NCBI GenBank assembly: GCA_965222375.1
Contig: CBDCTZ010000016.1
Location: 1,184,001-1,248,000, forward strand
Direction: 5' to 3'
From: Polyangiaceae bacterium
Lineage (GTDB): Bacteria > Myxococcota_A > Polyangia > Polyangiales > Polyangiaceae
DNA: 64,000 nucleotides
Of the stretch, positions 47,588-56,831 are shown one piece after another; position 1 is the first letter of the stretch; each line of letters opens with the position of its first letter. The notes below the pieces were generated by a model that saw nothing but the letters and a program-made list of their open reading frames with translations, was not told where the DNA came from and did not search any database. The position numbers and the translations under genes were made by a program.

Positions 47588-47859
47588 CTGTTCGCGAGAA
47601 CCTTGGGGCCGGTTCGAGATGCTGTTCGCGAGAACCTTGGGGCCGGTTCGAGATGCTGTTCGCGAGAACCTTGGGGCCGGTTCGAGATGCTGTTCGCGAG
47701 AACCTTGGGGCCGGTTCGAGATGCTGTTCGCGAGAACCTTGGGGCCGGTTCGAGATACTGTTCGCGAGAACCTTGGGGCCGGTTCGAGATGCTGTTCGCG
47801 AGAACCTTGGGGCCGGTTCGAGATACTGTTCGCGAGAACCTTGGGGTCGGTTCGAGATG
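47588..47859. repeat. 8 x 34-bp spacer-less tandem repeat
   Basis: ctgttcgcgagaaccttggggccggttcgagat(g/a) head-to-tail. Confidence 0.95.
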
Positions 47860-47955
47860 CGCTTTCGAAATTCGAATCCTGCCTGCGTCGACGCGCTCAG
47901 TTGGGAGCGGGTGCGCGCGGCGGGTCACGCGGCAGCGACGATGTAAGACAGCATC

Positions 47956-49761
47956 GTGTACGTGCGCCGATCACCCGCACCGGGGCCAGATCGGCCGCAG
48001 GATTTCGAAGACTTTGCGCCCGGAGCTGACTTGCGTTTCATCTCGGCCTCGCAGGATGCCACGGGTGCCATCAGCGTCGGCGGTGGCGATACCAGTCTAC
48101 TCGGCAACTGCGGGATCAACTCGGCGAGCAGCGACATCCGCCGACCGCAAGTGTCCTGGGATGGCAAGTTGATCGCTTTTTCGGCGCGTACGTCAGCCAG
48201 TGAGCCATGGCGCATCTACACCGTCGCTCCGGACGGATCGGGATGTGCCGTAGAGCCCACCATCGATGCGCTGCCCGTCGATGATTCCGGCGCGGCGGTG
48301 CCAACCAATGGCGAGCTGATTCACAACTTCGATCCAGCCTTTGCCCCCGATGGAACCATCGTGTTCACCTCCACTCGGGGCAATACGAAGAACGTGACGG
48401 CCTTCGACTACCAGGGGCCGCAACGGGCTCCCGCCGACCCGTCCAAGCTCAACGCCAATCTCTATGTTCTAGAGGGCGGCAAGGTTCGCCAGCTGACGTT
48501 CATGCTCAACCAGGAGCTGCTGCCCACGTTCAAACGCAACGGGCAGGTACTGTTCATCGCGGAGAAGCGGGTCCCCGAGTTTTACCAGCTGGCGGACCGT
48601 CGCATCAACATCGATGGTGGCGACTACCATCCGCTTTACGGGCAGCGGCGCAGTATTGGCTACGACCAGGTCACGGATCTGGTGCATCTGGCAGACAAGA
48701 ACTTTGCCGCAATCTTCAGTGATCGCGGCGCTGTTCACGGTGCTGGGACGGTGGCGATTATCAACCGCTCCATCGGCCCCGACACGATCAGCGACGTCCC
48801 CGCGGACTACCCGGTCACGCCGAACGCTCCGGACTTCGGCAAAACTCCGTTCTTTCAGCGCGCTGTGCACTTCCCAGACCCCGCGGCTACCGGGCACGTT
48901 GCTGGCGGTACCCAGGGCGCATACCGCAACATCTCACCCTTGCCCAACGGCCAGCTGCTGGTCAGCTACGCGGCCAACGTCGTGGACCTCACTCAGTTCA
49001 GCGGCAACTTCGATGTCGTAATCCTCGATCCAATAACTGGCGCTCGCACGCCGCTCACTGGACTGAGCGATCCCGCCACTGACGAGCTGTGGCCCGTCGC
49101 GGTGGTCGGGAACTACGGCAAGAAGGTGTTTCGTTCGAGTCTGGCGACGGGTGTCAATGGCGCGGGTGTGATCTTCCCCAAAGACGACGGCCAGCCGCGG
49201 GTCGACCGGGCCCAACTCACCTACCTGGACGTCCCGGTGATTCTGAGCCTGGCTTTCCAGAACACGCGCTCCGGTCGCCCCATGCAGATGGGCGACTCTT
49301 TCCAGTTCTTTGAGAGCCTGCCGCCCGAGGGCGTGACCGATCTGAATCAGAGCAGCCCCTTCATTACCGAAGATTCCTACGGGCGAGTGTACTCACGGCG
49401 TCGGTTGATCGGCACCGTACCGTTCCTGTCGGATGGCTCGGCGCGAGTGCAGATCCCCGGTGGGGTCCCTTTCATCATCGGCGTCAATACTCAGCTCGCC
49501 GGCGACAGCGGCCTGACCTTGCACCTGCAGCGAGAAGAGGGGCAGTTCTACCCAGGCGAGTTCACTCAGCTGTCGTTCCGACGCGAGGTCTTCAATGGCT
49601 TCTGTGGCGGTTGCCACGGATCCGTTAGCGGCCAAGAGACGGACGTTGCGGCTCACCCGGACATGATCAGCCAAGCGTCCAAGGCGGCTGCCAACAAGGC
49701 CAAACCCTTGGACATCGTCAACGCCACCCGAGGCGCCGACGAAGGCCCGGATTTCCCCTAG
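47956..49761 (+). CDS. TolB/PD40 propeller plus HzsA-middle-like domain with C-terminal CxxCH; probably 5'-truncated
   Basis: PQVSWDGKLIAFS, FDPAFAPDGTIVFTSTR, DGSARVQIPGGVP, FYPGE, CGGCH; no signal peptide; in-frame TAA at 47944. Confidence 0.7.
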   Translation: MYVRRSPAPGPDRPQDFEDFAPGADLRFISASQDATGAISVGGGDTSLLGNCGINSASSDIRRPQVSWDGKLIAFSARTSASEPWRIYTVAPDGSGCAVEPTIDALPVDDSGAAVPTNGELIHNFDPAFAPDGTIVFTSTRGNTKNVTAFDYQGPQRAPADPSKLNANLYVLEGGKVRQLTFMLNQELLPTFKRNGQVLFIAEKRVPEFYQLADRRINIDGGDYHPLYGQRRSIGYDQVTDLVHLADKNFAAIFSDRGAVHGAGTVAIINRSIGPDTISDVPADYPVTPNAPDFGKTPFFQRAVHFPDPAATGHVAGGTQGAYRNISPLPNGQLLVSYAANVVDLTQFSGNFDVVILDPITGARTPLTGLSDPATDELWPVAVVGNYGKKVFRSSLATGVNGAGVIFPKDDGQPRVDRAQLTYLDVPVILSLAFQNTRSGRPMQMGDSFQFFESLPPEGVTDLNQSSPFITEDSYGRVYSRRRLIGTVPFLSDGSARVQIPGGVPFIIGVNTQLAGDSGLTLHLQREEGQFYPGEFTQLSFRREVFNGFCGGCHGSVSGQETDVAAHPDMISQASKAAANKAKPLDIVNATRGADEGPDFP

Positions 49762-50125
49762 CGCTGGCCCCTGTATCGGGTTGCGCCAGTCATCGCAGTA
49801 GCTCCGCTGGCGCCGGAGATGCTCCATCTGGACAAAGCACGGCTTCGAGGCAGTTCTGGGCCGTAGTTGGGCGTGACAAGGTAAACTTCGAACAGGCATT
49901 CGCCTGGACGGACGACAGTGCCCTCGGTAGCTACGCGCCCTGGGCGCCCACGGAACCCGACAGCTCCGGGGCGCAACGGGCGGAAAGCTCGAGGATTGCG
50001 TGTTCGTGAACGACCTAGGTTCGTGGTTCGATGAAAATTGTGACACGACCGGGCTTCTGACCATCAAGTCATGGTGCTGCGAGCGAGCCCAGCCCTCGGT
50101 CACAACCTAGCACTGCCGCCTAGGA

Positions 50126-50150
50126 ACTTATATGCACTATGCATATAAGT
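50126..50150. promoter_or_regulatory. AT-rich perfect palindrome, likely protein-binding site
   Basis: ACTTATATGCA-CTA-TGCATATAAGT. Confidence 0.55.
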
Positions 50151-50301
50151 CGGCACCCGCGTGAGCAGGGGCCAACGAGGGAGCCGCGATGAACTCTCGA
50201 TGACGCCGATGGTGCGCCATCCCCCAAAACCAAGAACGGATGAGAGGGGCCTCGGGGAGGCTTTGGGGCTCGGGTGGGCTGGCGGCCCAGCGCGGGGCGG
50301 C

Positions 50302-51273
50302 TCAGAGCCGGATTTCGACGTGGTTTTGGCGGCGCAAGGAGTCGAGCCAGGTGCGGCGCGCTTTGTTCATCTTCTTGAGATAGATGCGCTCGGCGAGCTC
50401 GCTTCGGGACTCTTGGAAGCTGGGCAGCTCGGACTCTTGTCGTTCGATCAGTTGCACGATGTAGAAGGAGTTGCCGGCACGGATTGCGGGGGCAGATCGG
50501 CCGACCTCCAGGCCCATGATGGCAGCGTCGACAGCACGGGGGAGCTTGCCCGGGCGCAGCCGCGGCAGCAGGCCGCCCATCTCGCGGCTGGTGCGATCGT
50601 CGGAGTGTTGGCGCGCCAAGTCGCCTACGCGCTCGCCGCGCCGGACGCGCAGGGCAAGGGTGTCTGCCAGGCGCTGGCGCGTTTTGACCACCTTGGGCGT
50701 GGCACCGGCCGGGATGTCGAGGCGGATCCAGGCGGCGCGAAAAGGTAGCTTGCGGCGCTCTTCGGCTACTAGGCGCCGATACTCTTTGCGCACGTCGTCT
50801 TCAGTGACCCGGACCCGGCCTTGAACGCGGAGGTTCAGTAGCTTCGCCTCCAAGACTTGGCGCTTGATCTCCGAGCGGTACTGGGACTCGGTGAGCCCAG
50901 CTCGCTTGGCTTCGGCGACGAGCTTGTCGACGGTGAGGTTGTTCTGAGTTGCGATCCGCCCCAACGCGTCGTCAATCTCTTGAGCGTTGACCACGATGCG
51001 GGAGCGGTTGGCGGTACGCTGCTCCAGCTCCTCGTCGACCATGCGCTGCAACACCGTCTTGAAGGTCTGGGAGATCGCAGCAGAGCGCTGCGCTCCTTTG
51101 GGCACCTGGGTGTAGATGCGAATCAGCAGCGGCCGCGCGCGCTGCCGCACGTCGCTGAGCAGGATGGCGCGCTCGCCCACGACCGCGACCACCCGTTCGA
51201 CGATCGTGCCCTGGGCCGCGCCGGTCAGCAGCAGCAGCGGGAGCACCAGGCGGAATGCCAGTCCAAGCCTCAT
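50302..51273 (-). CDS. SurA-like peptidylprolyl isomerase/chaperone
   Basis: ERVVAVVG..ILLSDV, LARQHSDD..GG.L parvulin pattern. Confidence 0.85.
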   Translation of the reverse strand: MRLGLAFRLVLPLLLLTGAAQGTIVERVVAVVGERAILLSDVRQRARPLLIRIYTQVPKGAQRSAAISQTFKTVLQRMVDEELEQRTANRSRIVVNAQEIDDALGRIATQNNLTVDKLVAEAKRAGLTESQYRSEIKRQVLEAKLLNLRVQGRVRVTEDDVRKEYRRLVAEERRKLPFRAAWIRLDIPAGATPKVVKTRQRLADTLALRVRRGERVGDLARQHSDDRTSREMGGLLPRLRPGKLPRAVDAAIMGLEVGRSAPAIRAGNSFYIVQLIERQESELPSFQESRSELAERIYLKKMNKARRTWLDSLRRQNHVEIRL

Positions 51274-51299
51274 CCGCGGGCTTATACCACCTTCCGCCC

Positions 51300-51842
51300 T
51301 CAGCGGAGCATGTGGGCGCGGGCAGCCGTGGTCACGTAGAAATTCCGTGGCCAATGCCGGTAGTAGCTGGCCCGTAGCACCGGCGAGCCGTCGTTCTGGT
51401 CGACCTCGTCGCCGATTTGGCCGACCACCCGAACCAAGGAGCCCACCCCGACGGAACGCTTGCCGATGTCGTCTTCTTCGGAGAGCTTCACGAGCGCGTG
51501 GGCGACGGCGTGCTCGCGGTCACTCACGGTGACGCGGCAGCTATCTTCGTCCTTGGTTTCACACAAGTTGCGCTTCGCCAGGGTTCGCACGGAGAGCTTT
51601 AACCGCGCGGTGCCTCCGGCGCCTTCGCCGCGGGACAGCACGACTCCAAAGAAGTTCAGGGACTTGCCCTTGAAGTCCTCGGGCTTCCGCTGAACCATGA
51701 CCGGGTCGTACTCCTTGGTCTTTGCGAGCGCCTCTTCCTCCGCGCTCAGAGGCGAGTACACCCGACTGTGTCCGTACTGACCGGGCGAGTGGCACGCCCC
51801 TACGAACAGGCCGAGAGACAGAATGAACCAAGATCGACTCAT
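51300..51842 (-). CDS. Hypothetical lipoprotein
   Basis: Lipobox VGAC; OB-like strands LVRVVGQI. Confidence 0.7.
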   Translation of the reverse strand: MSRSWFILSLGLFVGACHSPGQYGHSRVYSPLSAEEEALAKTKEYDPVMVQRKPEDFKGKSLNFFGVVLSRGEGAGGTARLKLSVRTLAKRNLCETKDEDSCRVTVSDREHAVAHALVKLSEEDDIGKRSVGVGSLVRVVGQIGDEVDQNDGSPVLRASYYRHWPRNFYVTTAARAHMLR

Positions 51843-51874
51843 GGCGACCGACGTATCACGTCGCCTTGCGAAGG

Positions 51875-53863
51875 TCACGCGGAGAGGGTGCTTCGGCGCA
51901 GGTGGCGGAAGACGCGCAACCCGACTTCCAACCCGAAGAAGAGCAGGCACAATATTGCCAGCTTGTTCGATGCATCCACCTTGGATTGAACTGAAACGCC
52001 CTGCCCGAGGGAAGCTTCTGCGGTTACTGCATTGGGCAGACGGGTCAGCTCGTTCTCGGTGATGCTGACGTAACGGTCGGTGACGTCAGCGTCGACTTCC
52101 ACCCTGTAGCGGCCGGCGCTGTCGACGACGAGGGCTTGGTCTGACGCATTGGCGCCCCGGGACGTCTCCAGCTCTTTGGTATCCGGGCCGCGCACGGTAA
52201 TTTGGGACGCTGCGGGGAAGGTCCAGGTCTCACCTGCAACGCTGCGGCGGGGGCCCGCGCGGCGTTCCGCCTCATCCAATGCGTGGGCGAGCAGCGCCAA
52301 AAAACCGGGCCGCAATGCGAAGTCACTCTCAGCCAGCGCGGCTGGCAAACTCGTGGCCAGGGCCAGCCCGCGTCCGACTGGCGATGCAATGGCGAAAGGT
52401 TCGCCGTCGTCCCATTTGCCCAACACCGTGGAGTCGGCGGGCATGGCAGCGGCGAGCATGGTGCGTCCTCCGGGCTCCAGCTTTTCTAGGCTGGCGGCGG
52501 CCTGTCCGAGAATTGCCAAGGACTTGGGGTCAGCACCTTGGGCCTTGGTCTCTTGCCAACGCAGGGCACCTCGCACGAAGGGTTCGAAGGTCGAACCCAA
52601 GGGTGCGGCATCGGACTGAGGACCCACGAGCACCAATGCCACGCGACCGCGCTTGAGCCATGCGGTGAGCGTAGTGCGAGCCTCCGCCGGCAGGCCCGTT
52701 GGATCATCGATTACGAGCAGGGCGTGTTGCTTCAACGCTGCCATCTGATCCGGCAGGACTTGGTAGGGCCGGACAGCAATGTCCCGCTCCAACGCGGTCA
52801 GAGCTTGTTCGATGATGGTCGCGCCACCCGTGGCCACACGGGTCGTTGCTGGGTCGCGCACGACGCCCACGCCCATCTGCCCGCTCTCGGCCGCCACGGG
52901 TGCCGAGTCGTTTTCGACCAGGGCGTCCTTGCCGGAAAGCTGCACCGTCATCCGGCCTGCAGTTGCGGGCAGTTCCACGCTGACCTCTTGGACGCCTCCG
53001 CGCTGGGATAGCGGCGCCTGCGCCAACTCCTCACCGGACTTCCTCTTTTTTGCTCCAGTGCCGCCGGCGGGCACCTCTTCCGCTAGGCGCACGGAGACGT
53101 TGCGGCCCTTGGCGGCACCCGAGGAGTTGCAGGCGACCCGCACCGCGACTCGGCGACCCGAGCGCGCCGCCGACACGACACCACAATCCGCAACGCTCTT
53201 GCTGAGGGCGTCCAAGGGAGCCGAGATGGGGATCGTCGAGGATTTGGGTACCGTTCCGGCCAAGTCACTCAGCAATACGATCCGGCGGTCCTTGTGGGGC
53301 AGGGGCTGAACACTGGCCTGGGCCAGCTTGACTGCAGCATCGAGATCCGTCGGGCGGTCACTGACGGAGAGCTCGCTCAAGGTCCGCTCGGCTTGTCGAA
53401 TGTCCGTTGTTGCGGGCATGACGAGGCGCGCTGGCTTGCCTGCCAAAATGATGGCGATGGCATCGCCTTCCCGAGCACCATCGAGCAACTCCCGGGCTCC
53501 GTCGAGCGCCGCGGACCAGCGCTTCTTGCCGCTGCCCATCACGCTCTTCATGCTGTGGGAATCGTCGATCACGATGGCCAGCGCCACGGAGGCACCCGCT
53601 TCTCGCTCAAGAGCGAGTCGCGAGCATTGAACCAGAGGTGTGGCTCCCAGCACCGCGAGTGCGAGCACCAGAAGCGCTCTTGCTGCCAGCAGGGCGCGGT
53701 CCTCCAGCTTGCGTCGCTTACGGGCAACGGGTTGCGCCGTGGGAACCAGATGGGCTGCGGGAAATTCGCGTTCTTCGGCTGTCGACCGGCGCAGCAGGTG
53801 CGCCAGGATGGGCAAACCCACCAAGACGGCGATCGCCAGGGCGGCGGCAGCGACGAAGCTCAC
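51875..53863 (-). CDS. BatA domain plus vWA domain membrane protein
   Basis: LPILAHLLRR..FP BatA; IDDSHSM MIDAS; LLSD; C-terminal TM. Confidence 0.88.
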   Translation of the reverse strand: MSFVAAAALAIAVLVGLPILAHLLRRSTAEEREFPAAHLVPTAQPVARKRRKLEDRALLAARALLVLALAVLGATPLVQCSRLALEREAGASVALAIVIDDSHSMKSVMGSGKKRWSAALDGARELLDGAREGDAIAIILAGKPARLVMPATTDIRQAERTLSELSVSDRPTDLDAAVKLAQASVQPLPHKDRRIVLLSDLAGTVPKSSTIPISAPLDALSKSVADCGVVSAARSGRRVAVRVACNSSGAAKGRNVSVRLAEEVPAGGTGAKKRKSGEELAQAPLSQRGGVQEVSVELPATAGRMTVQLSGKDALVENDSAPVAAESGQMGVGVVRDPATTRVATGGATIIEQALTALERDIAVRPYQVLPDQMAALKQHALLVIDDPTGLPAEARTTLTAWLKRGRVALVLVGPQSDAAPLGSTFEPFVRGALRWQETKAQGADPKSLAILGQAAASLEKLEPGGRTMLAAAMPADSTVLGKWDDGEPFAIASPVGRGLALATSLPAALAESDFALRPGFLALLAHALDEAERRAGPRRSVAGETWTFPAASQITVRGPDTKELETSRGANASDQALVVDSAGRYRVEVDADVTDRYVSITENELTRLPNAVTAEASLGQGVSVQSKVDASNKLAILCLLFFGLEVGLRVFRHLRRSTLSA

Positions 53864-54780
53864 TGACCCTCCCTCGCGATGGCGGCGAGAATGCGGCGCA
53901 CGTCGTCGACGGGCTCTCCATCTGTGGTGGTTGCGACCAGCCGTCCGCCGACGGAGGCCAAGCGATCGCTCCAGTGTTGGGTCAGGCTTTCCAAGCGCTC
54001 CAGGTATTGATTGCGCACGGCTTCGCCGTCGGTTTCGACTACCAAGGAGCCTTCCGTGGCTTTGAGGCGCAGGGGGCCGCGGAAGGGAAATCGGCGCTCG
54101 GTGGGATCGAGGACTTGCACCACCACGAGGATGCGACCTCGTGCCGACAAGGCCAAAAATCGCTCCAGGGTCGCCTCGGGTAGGTCCAAAGTGTCACTGA
54201 GCATTACGACGACGGAGCCACGCCGAGCGTGGTGGGCGATGGGCGCGAACGCGCGATCGACGGCCTTGGCGTCTCCTTGGAGCTCGCCTCCGGGCCGTGC
54301 GCCCTCCAGGGACGCGACGATTCGCTCGAAGGCCTCGCGCCCGCCAAGCGCTGGCAGGGGCTGGCGCTCCAGGCCGCCGAGCCAATCCAGGGCCACGGGA
54401 TCTCCGCCGGTGAGCGCAACCCGGGCTAACGCCGCCGCCAGCAAGGAAGCGTAGGCCAACTTGGCGCCGGGCGCGTGTTCACTGCGATAGCCCATGCTGG
54501 CGCTGGCATCGACCACGAGGCGGAGCGCTCGGTCGGTGTCGGTTTCGAACTCGCGCACCAGTAGGCGGCCGTGGCGCATCAGGGCCCGTCGGTCTAGCCA
54601 ACGCAGGTCGTCTCCCGGCAAGTACGCACGATGTCCGCCGAACTCCACGCCAGGGCCGCGTCGGGGGCTGCGGTGAATGCCGACGTACAAGCCATCCGCG
54701 ACAGCGCGCGCCCGGACCCCAAGCGGAGCGAGCTTTCCCCAGTCCAGAGTCTGCTTGATGTTGGAGATATCGGCAGCCAC
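53860..54780 (-). CDS. DUF58-family protein
   Basis: G.HRSPRRGPGVEF..HRAY.PGDDLR, VDASASM. Confidence 0.92.
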   Translation of the reverse strand: MAADISNIKQTLDWGKLAPLGVRARAVADGLYVGIHRSPRRGPGVEFGGHRAYLPGDDLRWLDRRALMRHGRLLVREFETDTDRALRLVVDASASMGYRSEHAPGAKLAYASLLAAALARVALTGGDPVALDWLGGLERQPLPALGGREAFERIVASLEGARPGGELQGDAKAVDRAFAPIAHHARRGSVVVMLSDTLDLPEATLERFLALSARGRILVVVQVLDPTERRFPFRGPLRLKATEGSLVVETDGEAVRNQYLERLESLTQHWSDRLASVGGRLVATTTDGEPVDDVRRILAAIAREGQ

Positions 54781-54783
54781 GAG

Positions 54784-55929
54784 CTACTCCGTCATGACGC
54801 TGACGAAGACACCAGCACCAATTCCCACTAGAGCGGCCACCAGGGCGATCCACCACCAGAAACTCGAAGATTTCTGAGGTGGCGTCGTCGGCAGCGACAT
54901 CTCGTGCACAGAGATCTTCTGGGTGGCGGCGAAGGGCAGGGACAGTTCCGTGTCAACGCGTTCTAGCTGATCGGAGCTCGGTGGGGGCACGGTTCGAGCG
55001 ACGTTTTCGGGCTGTTTCTCGGCGTGAGACAACGCTTCGGCCATGGCAGCCGCCGTCGGATAGCGGTCCTCGGGTGTTTTGGCCAGCGCATGCATCACCA
55101 CGGCTTCGAGCGCCGGCGAAATTTGAGCTCGAGGCGCTCGGCTCGAGGGTGGGTCCGGTGAGTCCATCAGGTGAGACGTCATCACGGAGACGGCGCTAGT
55201 GGCCTGAAATGGCACGCTCCCTGTCAGCATCTCGTACAGCACGATCCCGACCGCGTAGATGTCGCAGCGGATGTCGACTTCGTCCCCACGTGCTTGCTCG
55301 GGCGCCATGTACTCCGGCGTACCAAACACCATGTTCTGTTCGGTGAGCGCGGTCAGGGATTGGCTGGCCTCAGCACGCAGCAGCTTGGCCATTCCGAAGT
55401 CCAACACTCGGACCCGTGGTGAGTCTGTCTCGGCGTCGGCGACCATTACATTGCCGGGTTTCAAATCCCGGTGCACGACTCCAGCTTCGTGGGCCGTATG
55501 CAGGGCTGCGCAGATTTGCTTCAGTATGTTGACGGCGCGATGGGGTGCGATGGGGCCCTTCTGAAGCAGGACGTCCAAGGGCTCTCCTTCCGCCAGCTCC
55601 AGGGCCATGAACAGGCGTCCGTCCGAAAGCTCCCCATAGTCGAGCAGGCTGACGACGTGTTCACCTCGGAGATCTCGAAGCACGCGGGCCTCGCGTTGGA
55701 AGCGCTTGTGGACCTGGCGATTCTTGATCAGATGGCTGTGGATCAGCTTCAGCGCCACGCGAGTCCCGACCCCCGGCGCCCGATAGGCATGGCCCGAGTC
55801 CACCGGGGGCTCCGAGCACTCGGCGACGTAGACGACGCCACTGGCCCCGTCCCCGAGGGCCTCCTGCAATCGGTAGCGACTCACGGGAGTTCCGGGGGGG
55901 AGCGCGCCCCGGACCTTGCTCTCGCTCAC
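54784..55929 (-). CDS. Ser/Thr protein kinase with C-terminal TM
   Basis: LGDGASGVV, ALK, HRDLKPGN, DFG, GTPEYMAPE; GTG start overlapping the upstream stop. Confidence 0.9.
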   Translation of the reverse strand: MSESKVRGALPPGTPVSRYRLQEALGDGASGVVYVAECSEPPVDSGHAYRAPGVGTRVALKLIHSHLIKNRQVHKRFQREARVLRDLRGEHVVSLLDYGELSDGRLFMALELAEGEPLDVLLQKGPIAPHRAVNILKQICAALHTAHEAGVVHRDLKPGNVMVADAETDSPRVRVLDFGMAKLLRAEASQSLTALTEQNMVFGTPEYMAPEQARGDEVDIRCDIYAVGIVLYEMLTGSVPFQATSAVSVMTSHLMDSPDPPSSRAPRAQISPALEAVVMHALAKTPEDRYPTAAAMAEALSHAEKQPENVARTVPPPSSDQLERVDTELSLPFAATQKISVHEMSLPTTPPQKSSSFWWWIALVAALVGIGAGVFVSVMTE

Positions 55930-56831
55930 TTGGAGCTCCGCGCGCAAGCGCTGACGAGCTTCGGGCTCATCCAGATTGGGTCGACGCGCGCTTTCGGATC
56001 GTTTTGACGCCAACTGGCGCAGGCGGCGGCTGCCAACCCCGGCGCGCCCAACGCCGCGTAGGCATCCAGCAGCTGTCGGTGCACCGTGGCTTGTTGAGGT
56101 TTGGTGAGGGGCCCCGCCGACAAGAACGCATTGCCCCGGCGCACGGCATCCACGTAGCGCCCACCCTTCACGTCGGCAATGAGCAGTGGGATCTCTTGAG
56201 CGACGCGCTTTTGTGTCGCTCGCTCGGCCCCGGCGGCTTGAGCCTGCACTTCCGAGCTGGCAGATCGAAGGAACTTCTTGCCCGCATCCGTCAGTGAGAG
56301 GTTGCTCAAGGGTACGAGCACGACGTCCCCTCGTCGCAACTTGCGTCCTTTGAGGCCGTTGTAGTGGTCGAGCACCCACGCCTTGTTGCGGTCGCCCATG
56401 AAGCGGTAGGCGATGGTGACGATGTTTTCTCCCGAGCTCACGATCAACGTGAGGTTGAAGGGCACGATGAACTCCGCGCCATCTTCCGGGGGCAGCCAGG
56501 GGCTGGTGCCATTGGCAATGGCCAACACGTCGGAACGCTTGGCCGAGCCAAGCAGCTCCTTGGCGAGTTTTGCCCAGGTGTCCCCCTTCTTTGCCTTGCG
56601 ATGGCTGACCGCGGGGATCTCCAAGCGCATTCCAGGTACGATGGGAGAGCCACCCTGGGCATCCAGGGCGTTTGCTGTGACCAAGATCTGTTCGTGTTGG
56701 ATCTTGCCGTAGAAGCGCTCAGCGATCGAAGCCAGGGTATCACCCGACTGCACGATGTAGGGGAATGCGCGGGCTTGCGCCGGGACACAGAGCGCCAGGG
56801 CGAGAGCCGGGATCGCGACGCGCAGCCTCAT
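55926..56831 (-). CDS. Exported LysM-domain protein
   Basis: Signal peptide; YIVQSGDTLASIAERFYG plus two degenerate LysM-like repeats. Confidence 0.85.
   Translation of the reverse strand: MRLRVAIPALALALCVPAQARAFPYIVQSGDTLASIAERFYGKIQHEQILVTANALDAQGGSPIVPGMRLEIPAVSHRKAKKGDTWAKLAKELLGSAKRSDVLAIANGTSPWLPPEDGAEFIVPFNLTLIVSSGENIVTIAYRFMGDRNKAWVLDHYNGLKGRKLRRGDVVLVPLSNLSLTDAGKKFLRSASSEVQAQAAGAERATQKRVAQEIPLLIADVKGGRYVDAVRRGNAFLSAGPLTKPQQATVHRQLLDAYAALGAPGLAAAACASWRQNDPKARVDPIWMSPKLVSACARSSK

Noticed and set aside
47588..47859. 34-bp repeats as a CRISPR array
   Set aside because: Units are contiguous with no spacers, and there are no cas genes in the window.
47956..49761. Anammox hydrazine synthase
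   Set aside because: Only domain-level resemblance; no other hzs genes and a myxobacterial context.
50126..50150. dif site
   Set aside because: 3-bp centre and perfect symmetry do not fit the 11-6-11 XerC/XerD layout.
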